The notes under the pieces were generated by a model. It made no database searches. It was not told where the DNA came from and was given only the letters and a program-made list of their open reading frames with translations. Both the position numbers and the translations under genes were made by a program. Positions 54,447 through 64,000 of a stretch of DNA of 64,000 bases are shown here, piece after piece. This DNA is from Candidatus Zixiibacteriota bacterium. Lineage in GTDB: Bacteria > RBG-13-66-14 > B26-G2 > WVWN01. The stretch lies in contig JAUWLW010000002.1 in NCBI GenBank assembly GCA_030613505.1, forward strand, positions 16,925 to 80,924, read 5' to 3'. Position 1 is the first letter of the stretch; every line of letters starts with the position of its first letter.

Positions 54447-55490
54447 GTGAAGATAACCAAAAAAGCGCGGATATTGTTGGGGTTGGGCGTCAGCCTGGTC
54501 TCGGCCGTCGTGTTGGCGGCCGTGATCGACTGGCGCGAGTTCGTAGCATTACTCGCCCGCGTCAACTACTGGTATTTAATCCCTGCCACTTGTTGTATCG
54601 TGGCTTCGTATTACTGCCGGGCGCTGCAATGGCGGTACGTCCTCGGCGGCGTCCGGCGGCTGCCCGTCTATCCCCTTTTTCGCATTACGATGTTGGGGTT
54701 TTTGGCCAATACGCTCCTGCCGGCGAGGTTGGGCGAAGTCGTGCGGGCGTACATCCTGGCCCGTAAGCAACGATTATCAAAGGGGACCGCTTTCGGTTCC
54801 GTTATCGTAACGCGCCTTCTGGACGGCGCTATATTATTCTTGATATTGGGCGGCTTCGCGATTTTGATACCGGCAAAAATCGCGGGCTTCAAAGCCGGCG
54901 GGACGACCGGTTTCATAATTTACGCCGCCATCGTGAGCTTCTTCGTGTTATTCTATTTCAAACGCGAAACGGCGACGTCCATCGTCAAGTTCGTATTCGG
55001 GCCGTTCTCGAAAAGGCTCGCCGTAAAGATCGTCCGGTCTTTGGATAAATTCATCCACGGCTTTAGCTGCTTCAGGAGCCCGGCGGATTTGGGGAAGGCA
55101 TTCCTCTACTCGTGTGCGATTTGGTTGCTCGTAGCGTTATCGTACTATTTCGTTAACCTCGGCTTTGAATTTACGTCGTCTCTGCCGCTCTACGCGCCGT
55201 TTCTACTCGTTGCCATCGTCAGCCTCGCGATATCCATACCGTCGTCGCCCGGCTTCATAGGGACGATGGAACTCGGCGTATTGGCCGCGCTACACATAAT
55301 CGAACCGGCGCTTACCCGCAACGAGGGGTTATCGTACGCCATCGTCGTTCACGTCGTCCAAGTTCTACCCGCGGTCGGGATCGGCCTTTTTTACCTGTGG
55401 ACGGAACACCTGACCATTGCCGAGTTGGTAAAACCAGAGGAAATCCAAACGGAGGCCGCGTATACCGAGAAGGGAGTAGGCTATGAATGA
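54447..55490 (+). CDS. lysylphosphatidylglycerol-synthase-TM / flippase-like membrane protein
   Basis: N..LPARLGEVVR, R.LD, PSSPGFIG. Confidence 0.85.
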   Translation: MKITKKARILLGLGVSLVSAVVLAAVIDWREFVALLARVNYWYLIPATCCIVASYYCRALQWRYVLGGVRRLPVYPLFRITMLGFLANTLLPARLGEVVRAYILARKQRLSKGTAFGSVIVTRLLDGAILFLILGGFAILIPAKIAGFKAGGTTGFIIYAAIVSFFVLFYFKRETATSIVKFVFGPFSKRLAVKIVRSLDKFIHGFSCFRSPADLGKAFLYSCAIWLLVALSYYFVNLGFEFTSSLPLYAPFLLVAIVSLAISIPSSPGFIGTMELGVLAALHIIEPALTRNEGLSYAIVVHVVQVLPAVGIGLFYLWTEHLTIAELVKPEEIQTEAAYTEKGVGYE

Positions 55491-55863
55491 TACCTTTATC
55501 GAGCGCCGCCGGTACCCCCGCGCCGACGTAGACTACAAAGCCGTTTTGGAGACGGCCTCCGGCGACAAGGTCAACTTGCGCACCCAGAATATTTCCGGCT
55601 CCGGGATTTACTTTTACACCGATAAGAGGCTTACGGAGTTCACGGAGGTGTCGCTCACGGTGTCGTTACCGGCCGTAGGGAAGATGAAAGAGCTTTCCTT
55701 CTGTTGCCCAGGCGTGATAGTCCGCGTTGAAGGGGGGGCGGATATATCGGATTGGCCGTTCGCCGCGGCGATACATTTCGCCGGGATCGACGACAGCCAC
55801 CGTGCAGCTATATGCGCTTACGTCGACGCGGTGTTGGCGGAGCGGAAGAAAGAGAGCCGGTAG
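55483..55863 (+). CDS. PilZ-domain protein
   Basis: ERRRYPR (RxxxR) and NISGSG motifs. Confidence 0.88.
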   Translation: MNDTFIERRRYPRADVDYKAVLETASGDKVNLRTQNISGSGIYFYTDKRLTEFTEVSLTVSLPAVGKMKELSFCCPGVIVRVEGGADISDWPFAAAIHFAGIDDSHRAAICAYVDAVLAERKKESR

Positions 55864-55875
55864 TAGAGCTTCGAA

Positions 55876-56277
55876 GTGAAGGCCGGGTTTAGATACGGCA
55901 TATCGGTGGCGCTGTGTGCGGCGTTGGCGGTTTCGGCTTGCAGCTTCTCCAGGCGCTACCCGCGAAGTTACAGCCGACCCGGCGCTTATCGCGAGGTCGG
56001 CGAGGCTTCGTATTACGGCCGCGAAGCGCACGGGAAGGCCACGGCCTCCGGCGAGAAATTTAACATGAACGCCTACACCGCGGCCCACAAGACGTTGCCA
56101 TTTGGGACCAAAGTCCGCGTTACCAACTTAACCAACAATAAGAGCGTCGTCGTGCGCATCAACGACCGCGGCCCCTTCGTCGCCGGTCGCATAATCGACT
56201 TGTCGTACGCCGCCGCTAAATATATTAAAATGCTCGACGCCGGCATCACCGACGTCGAGCTCGTCGTCGTAAAATAA
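55876..56277 (+). CDS. rlpA: septal ring lytic transglycosylase RlpA-family lipoprotein
   Basis: Lipobox VSAC; [33 protein letters not shown]. Confidence 0.93.
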   Translation: MKAGFRYGISVALCAALAVSACSFSRRYPRSYSRPGAYREVGEASYYGREAHGKATASGEKFNMNAYTAAHKTLPFGTKVRVTNLTNNKSVVVRINDRGPFVAGRIIDLSYAAAKYIKMLDAGITDVELVVVK

Positions 56278-56279
56278 CC

Positions 56280-57386
56280 TTAGTGCGTTTGGGCCAAGGC
56301 CGTCGCGAGCTCCGCCAGCTTGTAGAGTGAGGCGACGGCGATTCTTTCCTCGGTGGTGTGCGGTTTTTCCATGCCGCAGCCGAGGACGACGGCAGCGATG
56401 CCGCGCTCGTTGAAGACGTTGGCGTCCGAGCCGCCGCCCCCCGCGACGAATTTCGGTTTCAGCCGTACGGCTCGAGCGGCGCGTGAGAACAACGCTACCG
56501 GCGCGGCGTCTTCAGTAAGGTGGTAGGAAAAGTAAGCTTTTTCCCACGTGATGTCGACGTCGCCGCCGAATTCCGCGGCGGCTTTTTTCGCGACGTCGGT
56601 TACGTGGGCGACTTGGGCCGCTAATTTCGAAGCGTCGTGAGAACGTACTTCGCCTTCGATCCGGGCGCTCTCCGACACGATGTTCGTCGCCCGGCCGCCG
56701 GAGATAAGGCCGATGTTGGCCGTGGTTTCGTGGTCTATCCGCCCCAACCGCATGCCGGCTACGGCCGAGGCCGCCATTTGGATGGCGTTGATGCCTTTTT
56801 CGGGCTCTATGCCGGCGTGGGCGGCGCGGCCGCGAAAGGTCGCCTTTACGATTTCCGATCCGGGGGCGGCGTTGACGGCGTACCCGGGCGGTTCCGACGC
56901 GTCGAGGACGAAGGCCGTTTTACTAACTATGGGGCCGTAGTCGGCGTGTTTCGCCCCCAGAAGGCCGATCTCTTCGGCGACGGTGAACAATATCTCGAGC
57001 GGCCGGGGCTTAATTAGGCCGTCGGCGACTTCGGCCAACTCGAGCAGCACGGCGACCGCGGCGCGGTCGTCGGCGCCGAGTATCGTATCGCCCTTACTGT
57101 AGACGTAGCCGTTCCTGACCCGGGGCTGAACGCCGACGCACGGCTCAACCGTGTCCAGATGCGCCACCAGTAGAATGGGTTCCCCCCGGCCGTCTATTTT
57201 TACGAGTACGTTGCCGGCGTCGCCGCCTATGGCGTCGCCCGCGCCGTCTTCGGCGACGGGTATATTGCCGTCGAGCCGTTCTAAGATATAATCGGCTACG
57301 TCGCGTTCCCTTTTGCCCGGGCCGTAGAGAGCGGCGAGTTCTTTAAACGTCCGGAGGAGTTTGCGCCGGTTTATCTTGGCTGCCAT
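56280..57386 (-). CDS. M20 peptidase T-like metallopeptidase
   Basis: AHLDTV, LGADD, EEIG, AHAG..PEKG, GGSDAN, H..EE. Confidence 0.9.
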   Translation of the reverse strand: MAAKINRRKLLRTFKELAALYGPGKRERDVADYILERLDGNIPVAEDGAGDAIGGDAGNVLVKIDGRGEPILLVAHLDTVEPCVGVQPRVRNGYVYSKGDTILGADDRAAVAVLLELAEVADGLIKPRPLEILFTVAEEIGLLGAKHADYGPIVSKTAFVLDASEPPGYAVNAAPGSEIVKATFRGRAAHAGIEPEKGINAIQMAASAVAGMRLGRIDHETTANIGLISGGRATNIVSESARIEGEVRSHDASKLAAQVAHVTDVAKKAAAEFGGDVDITWEKAYFSYHLTEDAAPVALFSRAARAVRLKPKFVAGGGGSDANVFNERGIAAVVLGCGMEKPHTTEERIAVASLYKLAELATALAQTH

Positions 57387-57389
57387 AAC

Positions 57390-58433
57390 TCAGTTTTCGC
57401 TCCAAACGGCCAGCGCCGCGGGGCCGCTAAACCCCGAAATCGTATTTACTAGTTTTCCGTCGCGGTCGTATATTTTTACGTTACCGCCGCCCATCTCGGC
57501 GACGCATATCCGGCCGGTCTTCTCGTCGACGAAGACGTCCTCGGGGTGGGCGAGGCCGGACACGACGAAGGTCGCTACAGCGGCGTAATTTTTATGCGTA
57601 CCCGTTACGCCCCGCGGCAAAGCCACAAGTAAGCCTTTGCCCGTATCCACGACGTACACCACTTTCGCCGTCTCGGCCACGGCCAGGGCGACCGGCGCGT
57701 CGAAACCCTCTACCGACGCGAGCTCGGCGGCGTTGACGGAGAGCCGAACGACGCGTCCTTCCACGCGGCTGCTAGCCCAACCTTTGCCGTCGGCGTCCGC
57801 CGCGACCGCCCACGGGTTTTCCATACCCGTGAAGCGCCCTACCTCCACCGTCCTGACCGAGATATTACCTGTCGCCGTCGCCGCCACTTTCACGACGGCG
57901 TCGTTACCTTCGTCCGCTACCCACACGTCGCCGGCGGCGGGGTCGGCCGAAATGCCGCGCGGGTACTTAAAACCCGAGACCTTGGCCAGTACGTTGCCGT
58001 CGGCGTCGAGGCGCAATACGCGGTTGTTGCCGCGGTCCGAGATCCAACATTCGGCGGACGATTGAGATACCGAGAGGTCCGCGGCGTTGAGAACGAGGGC
58101 TTCCACCTCCGGGTCGGGAGAAGCGTAGAGCGGGTTGCCGCCGGCGTCGAACTTCCGGATCCGGTTAGTGTAGAAGTCGCATACCCACGCCGCGCCGTCT
58201 TTCGCGTATACGTCTATGGCGTTGGGCTTGCTGAAGATGCCCGGGCCGCCGACGAATTTGAGGAGGTTTCCCGTGTCGTCGTATATGACTACTTCTGAGT
58301 CCGGTTGGTCGGCGATCCAAATCCTCGTACCGGCGATTGGGCCGCCGTTGCCTTCCGTGTCCGGGCCGCAGCCGGCCAGGACGCCGGCTAAGGTCAGGAC
58401 AGCGGCGCAGAGTATCAATTTTTTCGAAAGCAT
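57390..58433 (-). CDS. NHL-repeat beta-propeller lipoprotein
   Basis: Lipobox LAGC; repeated F..P..(I/L).V...G..WVAD..N.RV units. Confidence 0.85.
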   Translation of the reverse strand: MLSKKLILCAAVLTLAGVLAGCGPDTEGNGGPIAGTRIWIADQPDSEVVIYDDTGNLLKFVGGPGIFSKPNAIDVYAKDGAAWVCDFYTNRIRKFDAGGNPLYASPDPEVEALVLNAADLSVSQSSAECWISDRGNNRVLRLDADGNVLAKVSGFKYPRGISADPAAGDVWVADEGNDAVVKVAATATGNISVRTVEVGRFTGMENPWAVAADADGKGWASSRVEGRVVRLSVNAAELASVEGFDAPVALAVAETAKVVYVVDTGKGLLVALPRGVTGTHKNYAAVATFVVSGLAHPEDVFVDEKTGRICVAEMGGGNVKIYDRDGKLVNTISGFSGPAALAVWSEN

Positions 58434-58527
58434 TTTTTATCCTTCTATGCGCGTAGATTAACCGCGACTTTTTAATGGTGAGACTTAAATTACGATCCCG
58501 GCTAACGATAATATACGTCGCCGCTTT

Positions 58528-59826
58528 TCACAATACGGCTTTCGCCGCGCCCGGCTTTGGGGGCGATTTAATTGAGGCGAATACAAAGGCCGCGGCGACT
58601 TCCAACACCGCGAGGGAAGCGACGGCGAGGCGGTACTTCCCGACGGGCCACGCCGCGGCGAAATATACGATTGTGCCCCACAATAGCGGCCCGATTATGG
58701 CGGCGACGCGGCTGGAGAGCGAGTACAAACCGAAAAATTCTCCTTGTTCGTGCTCGCCGACCAGGCTGGCCAAAAAAGGCCTGGCCGCGGTCCAGGTGAA
58801 ACCCAGGCCCACGCCCACCAACGCGCCGCCGACCCAAAATAGAACAGGGTGATTTGCGACAGCGATAAAGATAAAAGTCGCCGCCCAACCCACAGCCGTC
58901 GCGATGGTCGTCTTGCGGGGGCCCCACCGGTCCGTTACGAACCCCGCGACCGCTGCCCCCGCTACCGCGAACGTCGTCGCGACGATGAAAAACGGGATCT
59001 TGGCGGCGTCGGGCATGCCGAAGACGACGTTGGCGTACACCGCCATGAAGATTATCGCCGTAGCCACCGGGTCCTGTAGGAGTACGTTTCCGATCAAGAA
59101 CCTAAATACGTCGGGCCGTTCGCGCGCCCGTTTGAACGTATTTACGACTTTACGCAGACCCCACCACGCGGACCGGCGTTCCGCCCCCGCCGCGGCTTCT
59201 TTTACCAAAAGGAAGGTCGGTATCGAAAAAATCAGGAATATAAGAGCGGTCGGTACAAAAGCCGACGTCCGGCCCTCCGCGAAGCCCGGTATCCACCCTT
59301 TGACGAACGGCCACACGAGTAGAAGGCCGGCGATGGCGCCGACGTACCCCAACGCCGTCCCGAGCCCAGAGACGCGGCCGATTTGCCCGCGCGGCGCCGC
59401 GCCGCGAAGAAGCGCGTTGTAGAACGTCTGGCCACCGATGTAAAAGTAGTTAGCCAGCGCAAACGCGGCGAGTGCCAATACCCCTTTCCAGTAGATAGGG
59501 CGGATAAACGTTGCGACGTTGCCTATGGTTATCGTGAAGGCGACGCAGGCGCCGGTATAGACGAGTAGGCAGCGCAGCCGGTTTTTACGCGCGTCGGCGA
59601 GCGCGCCCAGCGCGGGCATCGTCAAGCCTACCGCCACCATCGACGCGGCGTAAGCTATGCTGTACGATATGTCCTCGAACCCCAGGTCTACGATTATCCA
59701 CTGGGCGAAGTACATCGTTATGATGTTCATCGAGAAGATCGTGTTGGCGAAGTCGTACGTCGCCCACGCCCACGCTCGCCTGGGGAGCGAGAGGTATAAC
59801 GCGTCGGCTATGCGGCGCCAAAACAT
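58528..59826 (-). CDS. MFS transporter (UMF1/Atg22-like)
   Basis: AWATYDFANT, FYNALL, GRVSG.G.ALGY.G, GEFFGLY; ATG 59826. Confidence 0.88.
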   Translation of the reverse strand: MFWRRIADALYLSLPRRAWAWATYDFANTIFSMNIITMYFAQWIIVDLGFEDISYSIAYAASMVAVGLTMPALGALADARKNRLRCLLVYTGACVAFTITIGNVATFIRPIYWKGVLALAAFALANYFYIGGQTFYNALLRGAAPRGQIGRVSGLGTALGYVGAIAGLLLVWPFVKGWIPGFAEGRTSAFVPTALIFLIFSIPTFLLVKEAAAGAERRSAWWGLRKVVNTFKRARERPDVFRFLIGNVLLQDPVATAIIFMAVYANVVFGMPDAAKIPFFIVATTFAVAGAAVAGFVTDRWGPRKTTIATAVGWAATFIFIAVANHPVLFWVGGALVGVGLGFTWTAARPFLASLVGEHEQGEFFGLYSLSSRVAAIIGPLLWGTIVYFAAAWPVGKYRLAVASLAVLEVAAAFVFASIKSPPKPGAAKAVL

Positions 59827-59828
59827 TT

Positions 59829-61094
59829 TTAAGGATTGAAACGAGGCGGGGCGTCGCGGTATACGACTTTTCCGTCCGCGACCGTGGCCCAGGCGCGCGT
59901 AGGTCCCCAGTCGTAGAATAGTTCGTCGACGTCGGCCGCGTCGAAGACGGCGACGTCCGCGGCCTTGCCCGGCTCGAGGGAACCGAGCCGGTCCGCGCGC
60001 CCCAGCGAATAGGCCGCGTTTATAGTAACGGCGTGGAGCATCTCGGTCGGCGTCATCTTCAAATAAGTCGTCCCGGGCGTGAGTATCGTGCGCAGCGACG
60101 CGGCGTGGCACGAGCCCGGGTTGTGGTCGCTCGCGACCGCTACCAACGCGCCGGCATCTATCAGTTTCCGCGCCGGCGCGAAATGGCTCGAGCCCAGGAA
60201 GACGGTCGTCCCGGGAAGCAAAACCGCCACCGTATCCGAGCCGGCCAACGCGTCAATCCCGGCCGTCGTCACGACCGCCAGGTGGTCGACGGACGCCGCG
60301 CCCATCTCGACGGCCAACTCCGTGCCGCCCAGGGGCTCGAATTCGTCGGCGTGGAGGCGCAGCTTCAGGCCGGCGTCGCGGGCCGCGGCGAGGACGGCAC
60401 GCGTCTCGTCGACGTTGAAGGCGCCGCGGTCGCAGAAGACGTCGGCATATTCGGCGAGGCCTTCCGCGGTTACGGCTGGAATCATTTCGTCTGTCAATAA
60501 CGCGACGAAGTCGTCGCGGCGGTCTGCGTACTCGGACGGTATCGCGTGGGCCCCCAGGAAGGTGGGGATAATTTTTAGCGGGAGTTCTTTACCCAAACGC
60601 GCCGCGGCCCGGAGCATTTTGAGTTCGTCCTCGGTCGTCAGGCCGTAGCCGCTCTTTACTTCCGCGGCCGTGGTCCCGTGGCTTAAAAATACTTCGGCAC
60701 GGCGGCGGGCCGACGATAGGAGGTCGTCTTCGCTCGCGGCACGCGTATCTCGGACCGTGGCGTGGATGCCGCCGCCGCCCTCGAATATCTCCAAGTAAGA
60801 AGCGCCGGCCAGGCGGCGTTCGTACTCGTCGGCCCGGGAGCCGCCGTAAACCAGGTGGGTGTGGCAGTCGACCAGGCCCGGGGTGACGAGGCGGCCGCCG
60901 CAGTCGAGGACTTCGCAATCGGCGCCCGCTAGCTTCTCGACGTCGGTCCGGGGCCCGGCGGCGACTATAAGGCCGTCCCGCGCGAGCAGCGCGTCGCCCG
61001 CGGCAACCGTCTTTTCGGCCAGCGCGGCGCCGCGCCTCGGCCCGCCCGCCGCTGTGAATATCTGGCCGGCGTTATATATTAACAATTCGCCCAT
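59829..61094 (-). CDS. hutI: imidazolonepropionase
   Basis: PGLVDCHTH, GGGI, EVKSGYGL, FLGAH, DVFC, HADE, DHL, DHNPG. Confidence 0.95.
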   Translation of the reverse strand: MGELLIYNAGQIFTAAGGPRRGAALAEKTVAAGDALLARDGLIVAAGPRTDVEKLAGADCEVLDCGGRLVTPGLVDCHTHLVYGGSRADEYERRLAGASYLEIFEGGGGIHATVRDTRAASEDDLLSSARRRAEVFLSHGTTAAEVKSGYGLTTEDELKMLRAAARLGKELPLKIIPTFLGAHAIPSEYADRRDDFVALLTDEMIPAVTAEGLAEYADVFCDRGAFNVDETRAVLAAARDAGLKLRLHADEFEPLGGTELAVEMGAASVDHLAVVTTAGIDALAGSDTVAVLLPGTTVFLGSSHFAPARKLIDAGALVAVASDHNPGSCHAASLRTILTPGTTYLKMTPTEMLHAVTINAAYSLGRADRLGSLEPGKAADVAVFDAADVDELFYDWGPTRAWATVADGKVVYRDAPPRFNP

Positions 61095-61096
61095 CG

Positions 61097-62059
61097 TTAG
61101 AAGTTGGGTACGCCCTCCTCCAATATGGTCGCGCCGCCGTCGGTGACGAGCGTCGGCGACAGGATTACGCCGTCGACGTGCACGGCGACGTCGTTGGCGC
61201 CGCCGAAGCCGACGTTGTTTCCGAGCGCGAGGTGGACAGTGCCGGCGATTTTTTCGTCCTCCAGGACTACGCCCGTGAGTTGGGCCGTGGGGTGGGTGCC
61301 GATGCCTATTTCGGCCAGTACCCTTCCGCCCTTGCCGAAGGGCTCGAGCAAAGCGCGGAGGGCGTCGGCCTTCTCGCCGCCCTCGATAAACGTCGCGACG
61401 CCGTCCTCGAAGGTAATTCTAATCGGTTCGGTCATAAGGCCCAGGCCGGCGAACGAGCCGTCGAATACCGCCACGCCCGTGCTGCCTTCCGAGGCCGGCC
61501 CCGCGCATACTTCGCCCGCCGGTAAGTTGCCGAAATCGCCCGGGTCGTAGTACGTGCCGGTATCGGCGAAGTATTCGAGGTCCGTGGCGTTAATCGTCAT
61601 GTCTGTCCCGGCCGGCGACGTAAGGCGGAAGTGTTTTACGCCCGCGAGCGAATCGGCCAGTTTACGGCTTCGGGCGGCGACGTCGCGGTAGTCGACGGCC
61701 ATCGTGCGGACCATTATGTCTTCGGTTATGCCGGGCATGGACGCGCAGCGGGCGCCCGCTTTGCTGGCGGCCTTGCGGGCGCGGGTGTGCGACAACGAAG
61801 CTTTCGTCGCCAGCAATAAAACTTGGCTCTCACGCATAAGGGCCGCGACCGGCTCCGGCGGCTCCTCACCGCTGACGCGCCGAGGTTTCATAATATTGAG
61901 TATTGGGTCCGCCCCCAGTTCGCCCGCTTCGCGCGCCAACGCTTCGCCTACGGCGCGGACGACGTCGTCGGTTACGACCGTTACGACCTCGCCGGCGCGG
62001 ACGCCCATGCAATCCGACAGCGTGCGTCGCGCGGCATCCTTCAAGTTGAAGTTACCCAT
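61097..62059 (-). CDS. M29-like (leucyl) aminopeptidase family protein
   Basis: GEEPP, SLSHT, GNLPAGE, AEIGIG, LEDEK..GTVHLALG, HVD. Confidence 0.85.
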   Translation of the reverse strand: MGNFNLKDAARRTLSDCMGVRAGEVVTVVTDDVVRAVGEALAREAGELGADPILNIMKPRRVSGEEPPEPVAALMRESQVLLLATKASLSHTRARKAASKAGARCASMPGITEDIMVRTMAVDYRDVAARSRKLADSLAGVKHFRLTSPAGTDMTINATDLEYFADTGTYYDPGDFGNLPAGEVCAGPASEGSTGVAVFDGSFAGLGLMTEPIRITFEDGVATFIEGGEKADALRALLEPFGKGGRVLAEIGIGTHPTAQLTGVVLEDEKIAGTVHLALGNNVGFGGANDVAVHVDGVILSPTLVTDGGATILEEGVPNF

Positions 62060-62078
62060 ATCGTTCCTCCGGCCGGGC

Positions 62079-63872
62079 TTATAGGTACCCTAGGCTGTGC
62101 AGTTTCTTCATCATATCGGCGTCGGCGGGGGCGCCCGCCGGCAGCGGCGGTTGGGCCGCAAAATGTTCCTCCAGCCGCTTGAGCAGCGCGCGCGTGATAT
62201 CCAAACTGGCCCGCGCCAGATTTTGCGTTTCTCCCGGGTCGGCTTCCAGGTCGTATAGTTCAACCGCGCCGGTGCCGGCGTCGAGGACGAGTTTGTATAG
62301 CGGGCTCGAGCCGTCGGCGCGGGAGATTACCATTCGATAGTTGAGGTCTCCCTCCAACGATTCGCCGAAGACGACGTCGCCGGCCATAAGGGTTGACTCG
62401 TCCCCGCCACGTGCCGGGTCGGAGGAATCAGCCGCGAGATTGTCCAATAAGAAATCGTACAACGTTCCCAGCGCAACCAAGTCATGTTCGATTTTGATTG
62501 CTGCGCGGGTTAGGCCGCCGAACCCGGGCGGCGCGGCGACGAGCAGCGGTACGCGCATGCACGGCTCGTAGACGTAACGGCCGTGGTCGTAGTAATAGTC
62601 ATGCTCGCCCAAACTCTCGCCGTGGTCGGCGACGGCGACGACGACCGTATTTTCGCGCAGGCCCAAATCGTGAAGGGCTGCGAGCAGTTGCCCTACGTGG
62701 GCGTCCATAAACGCGACCTCGCCGTCGTATAGTCGGACCTGGGCGCTTTCGGCGTCGGTTAAGCCCCGGTACGCGTCCGGCGGTTCGTACGGCGTATGCG
62801 GGTCGAAGTAATGGACCCACAGGAAGAACGGCCTGTTTACTGGATTTTCGAGCCAACGGATCGCCGGCGGCGTTACTTCGTCGGCGGGGCGTTGGAGGCG
62901 CGCTTTGGCGTCGATAACCCCGAGCGAGCCGGCGAGACGTAGGAAGGTAAGGCGGCTCAACGCGTCGGCCGCGGCGAAGTCGTCGTCGAAAAACTCGAAT
63001 CCCCGAGCGAAACCGAGCTTCGACGAGACGGTGAAAGCCGCGACGACGGCTCCGGTCCGATAGCCGCGGGACCGGAGGACCTCGGCCATAGTAGGCGGGT
63101 CTGCCCCCAGCGGCACGCCGTTTTGGACTACGCCGTTCTCGCGCGGCGTTAGGCCGGTAAGAAGCGCCGCGTGGCTTGGCCCCGTCAGCGGCATGGGGCA
63201 GTACGCACGGGCGAAGGTCACGCTCGAGGCGGCCAAGCGGTCGAGGTTAGGGGTGAGGCCGGGCGGGCCGCCGTACGTGCCCAGGCGGTCGGCGCGGGTG
63301 GTATCCATGGTGATGAGTAATAAGTTTGCGGCGTCTTTGGGGGGCGATGTTTCGGGGGGGCCGAGGCGCAGGCTCGAGCCGGCCGCGGCTACGCTTACGG
63401 CTACGGCGCCGGCGAGAAGTAACGCGAACGCCGCCGCCGGCCAGCGACGGCGGACCTTGATGGGCGGCGCGAACCGCACCAGGAGCCAACATACCGCGAG
63501 CAACGCGGCGTCGGCGCCAAGGCTCGCCGGGTGGAGTTTAGCCGGGAGGACGTTGGCGTTTAAGTAGTACCCGCCGTAGAACAGAAGGGCCGCGGCGACG
63601 GCGAACGTAACGCCGGCGGTGCGTTCGCCTAGTATAAACCGCCCGGGCCGCGTCCGACGGGCCAGCGCGAATACTAACCCCGCCAGAAGCGCGGCCGCCC
63701 CGGCGAAAGCGAACGCGGCGAGTACGAGTAGGACGACGCCTATCCGTGAAGTCGTCAGCTCAACGTCGAAAGCCGCGAGGGCCGCGGCCTCCCAAGCGCC
63801 GATAAGGCCCCCTGTCAAGGAGGCCCCCAAGGCGAACATAATTATGGACGGTTGGTGCGTACCAGTATTCAT
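62079..63872 (-). CDS. membrane-anchored sulfatase/alkaline-phosphatase superfamily protein
   Basis: N-terminal TMs; DTTRAD, TPNLD, TGPSH..LLTG, H..DPH.PY, ADHGE, LYDL.ADPGE. Confidence 0.85.
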   Translation of the reverse strand: MNTGTHQPSIIMFALGASLTGGLIGAWEAAALAAFDVELTTSRIGVVLLVLAAFAFAGAAALLAGLVFALARRTRPGRFILGERTAGVTFAVAAALLFYGGYYLNANVLPAKLHPASLGADAALLAVCWLLVRFAPPIKVRRRWPAAAFALLLAGAVAVSVAAAGSSLRLGPPETSPPKDAANLLLITMDTTRADRLGTYGGPPGLTPNLDRLAASSVTFARAYCPMPLTGPSHAALLTGLTPRENGVVQNGVPLGADPPTMAEVLRSRGYRTGAVVAAFTVSSKLGFARGFEFFDDDFAAADALSRLTFLRLAGSLGVIDAKARLQRPADEVTPPAIRWLENPVNRPFFLWVHYFDPHTPYEPPDAYRGLTDAESAQVRLYDGEVAFMDAHVGQLLAALHDLGLRENTVVVAVADHGESLGEHDYYYDHGRYVYEPCMRVPLLVAAPPGFGGLTRAAIKIEHDLVALGTLYDFLLDNLAADSSDPARGGDESTLMAGDVVFGESLEGDLNYRMVISRADGSSPLYKLVLDAGTGAVELYDLEADPGETQNLARASLDITRALLKRLEEHFAAQPPLPAGAPADADMMKKLHSLGYL

Positions 63873-63873
63873 A

Positions 63874-64000
63874 TTATCCGAACTCCACGTAGAATTCCGT
63901 GGTTACCTTTATAAGTTCGTCGAGCTCCGCCCGGCGCGTTTCCCGGTCGGCCGCTTCGGCGAATTTCTCGACGCCGTCGTAGACTTTATCTTTAAGGTCG
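63874..64000 (-). CDS. C-terminal end of a CDS running off the window
   Basis: Open frame ...DLKDKVYDGVEKFAEAADRETRRAELDELIKVTTEFYVEFG* ending 1 nt before the sulfatase start. Confidence 0.6.
   Translation of the reverse strand, partial: DLKDKVYDGVEKFAEAADRETRRAELDELIKVTTEFYVEFG

Overview
High-GC bacterial window from a diderm, probably anaerobic lineage. The standout feature is an expanded family of secreted ~205-220 aa paralogs: two at 477-1773 (-) and seven plus a deleted remnant at 11094-16465 (+). The ORF track truncates them. Eight of the nine have an in-frame TGA at codon 38-42, after the signal peptide and next to a Cys (GC*G, CC*G, GC*D, GC*N, AC*G, CGS*). Each TGA is followed at a fixed distance by a co-varying 8-9 bp hairpin with a G-first loop, which fits a bacterial SECIS. 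The one paralog lacking the TGA also lacks the Cys and the hairpin. The best explanation is an apparently undescribed family of exported selenoproteins sharing a C-terminal 'V-x-P-T-S-L-G-R-V-K-x-L-Y-R' tag. A SelW/Rdx-family gene with an in-frame TGA (28094-28318) independently suggests Sec usage. No selA/B/C/D genes lie in the window, so Sec decoding remains an inference. The rest holds a NikR-controlled Ni/Co ECF transporter, two GT-C-like membrane proteins, a double-cubane-type reductase and activator behind a structured leader RNA, surE, an unusual secF, ccsA/resB split by a low-GC two-gene insert, a partial chemosensory cluster, an FGGY kinase/S1P-lyase islet next to tmRNA, a lexA-dinB cassette with a palindromic operator, ftsEX, a multi-GAF kinase, and envelope and catabolic genes.
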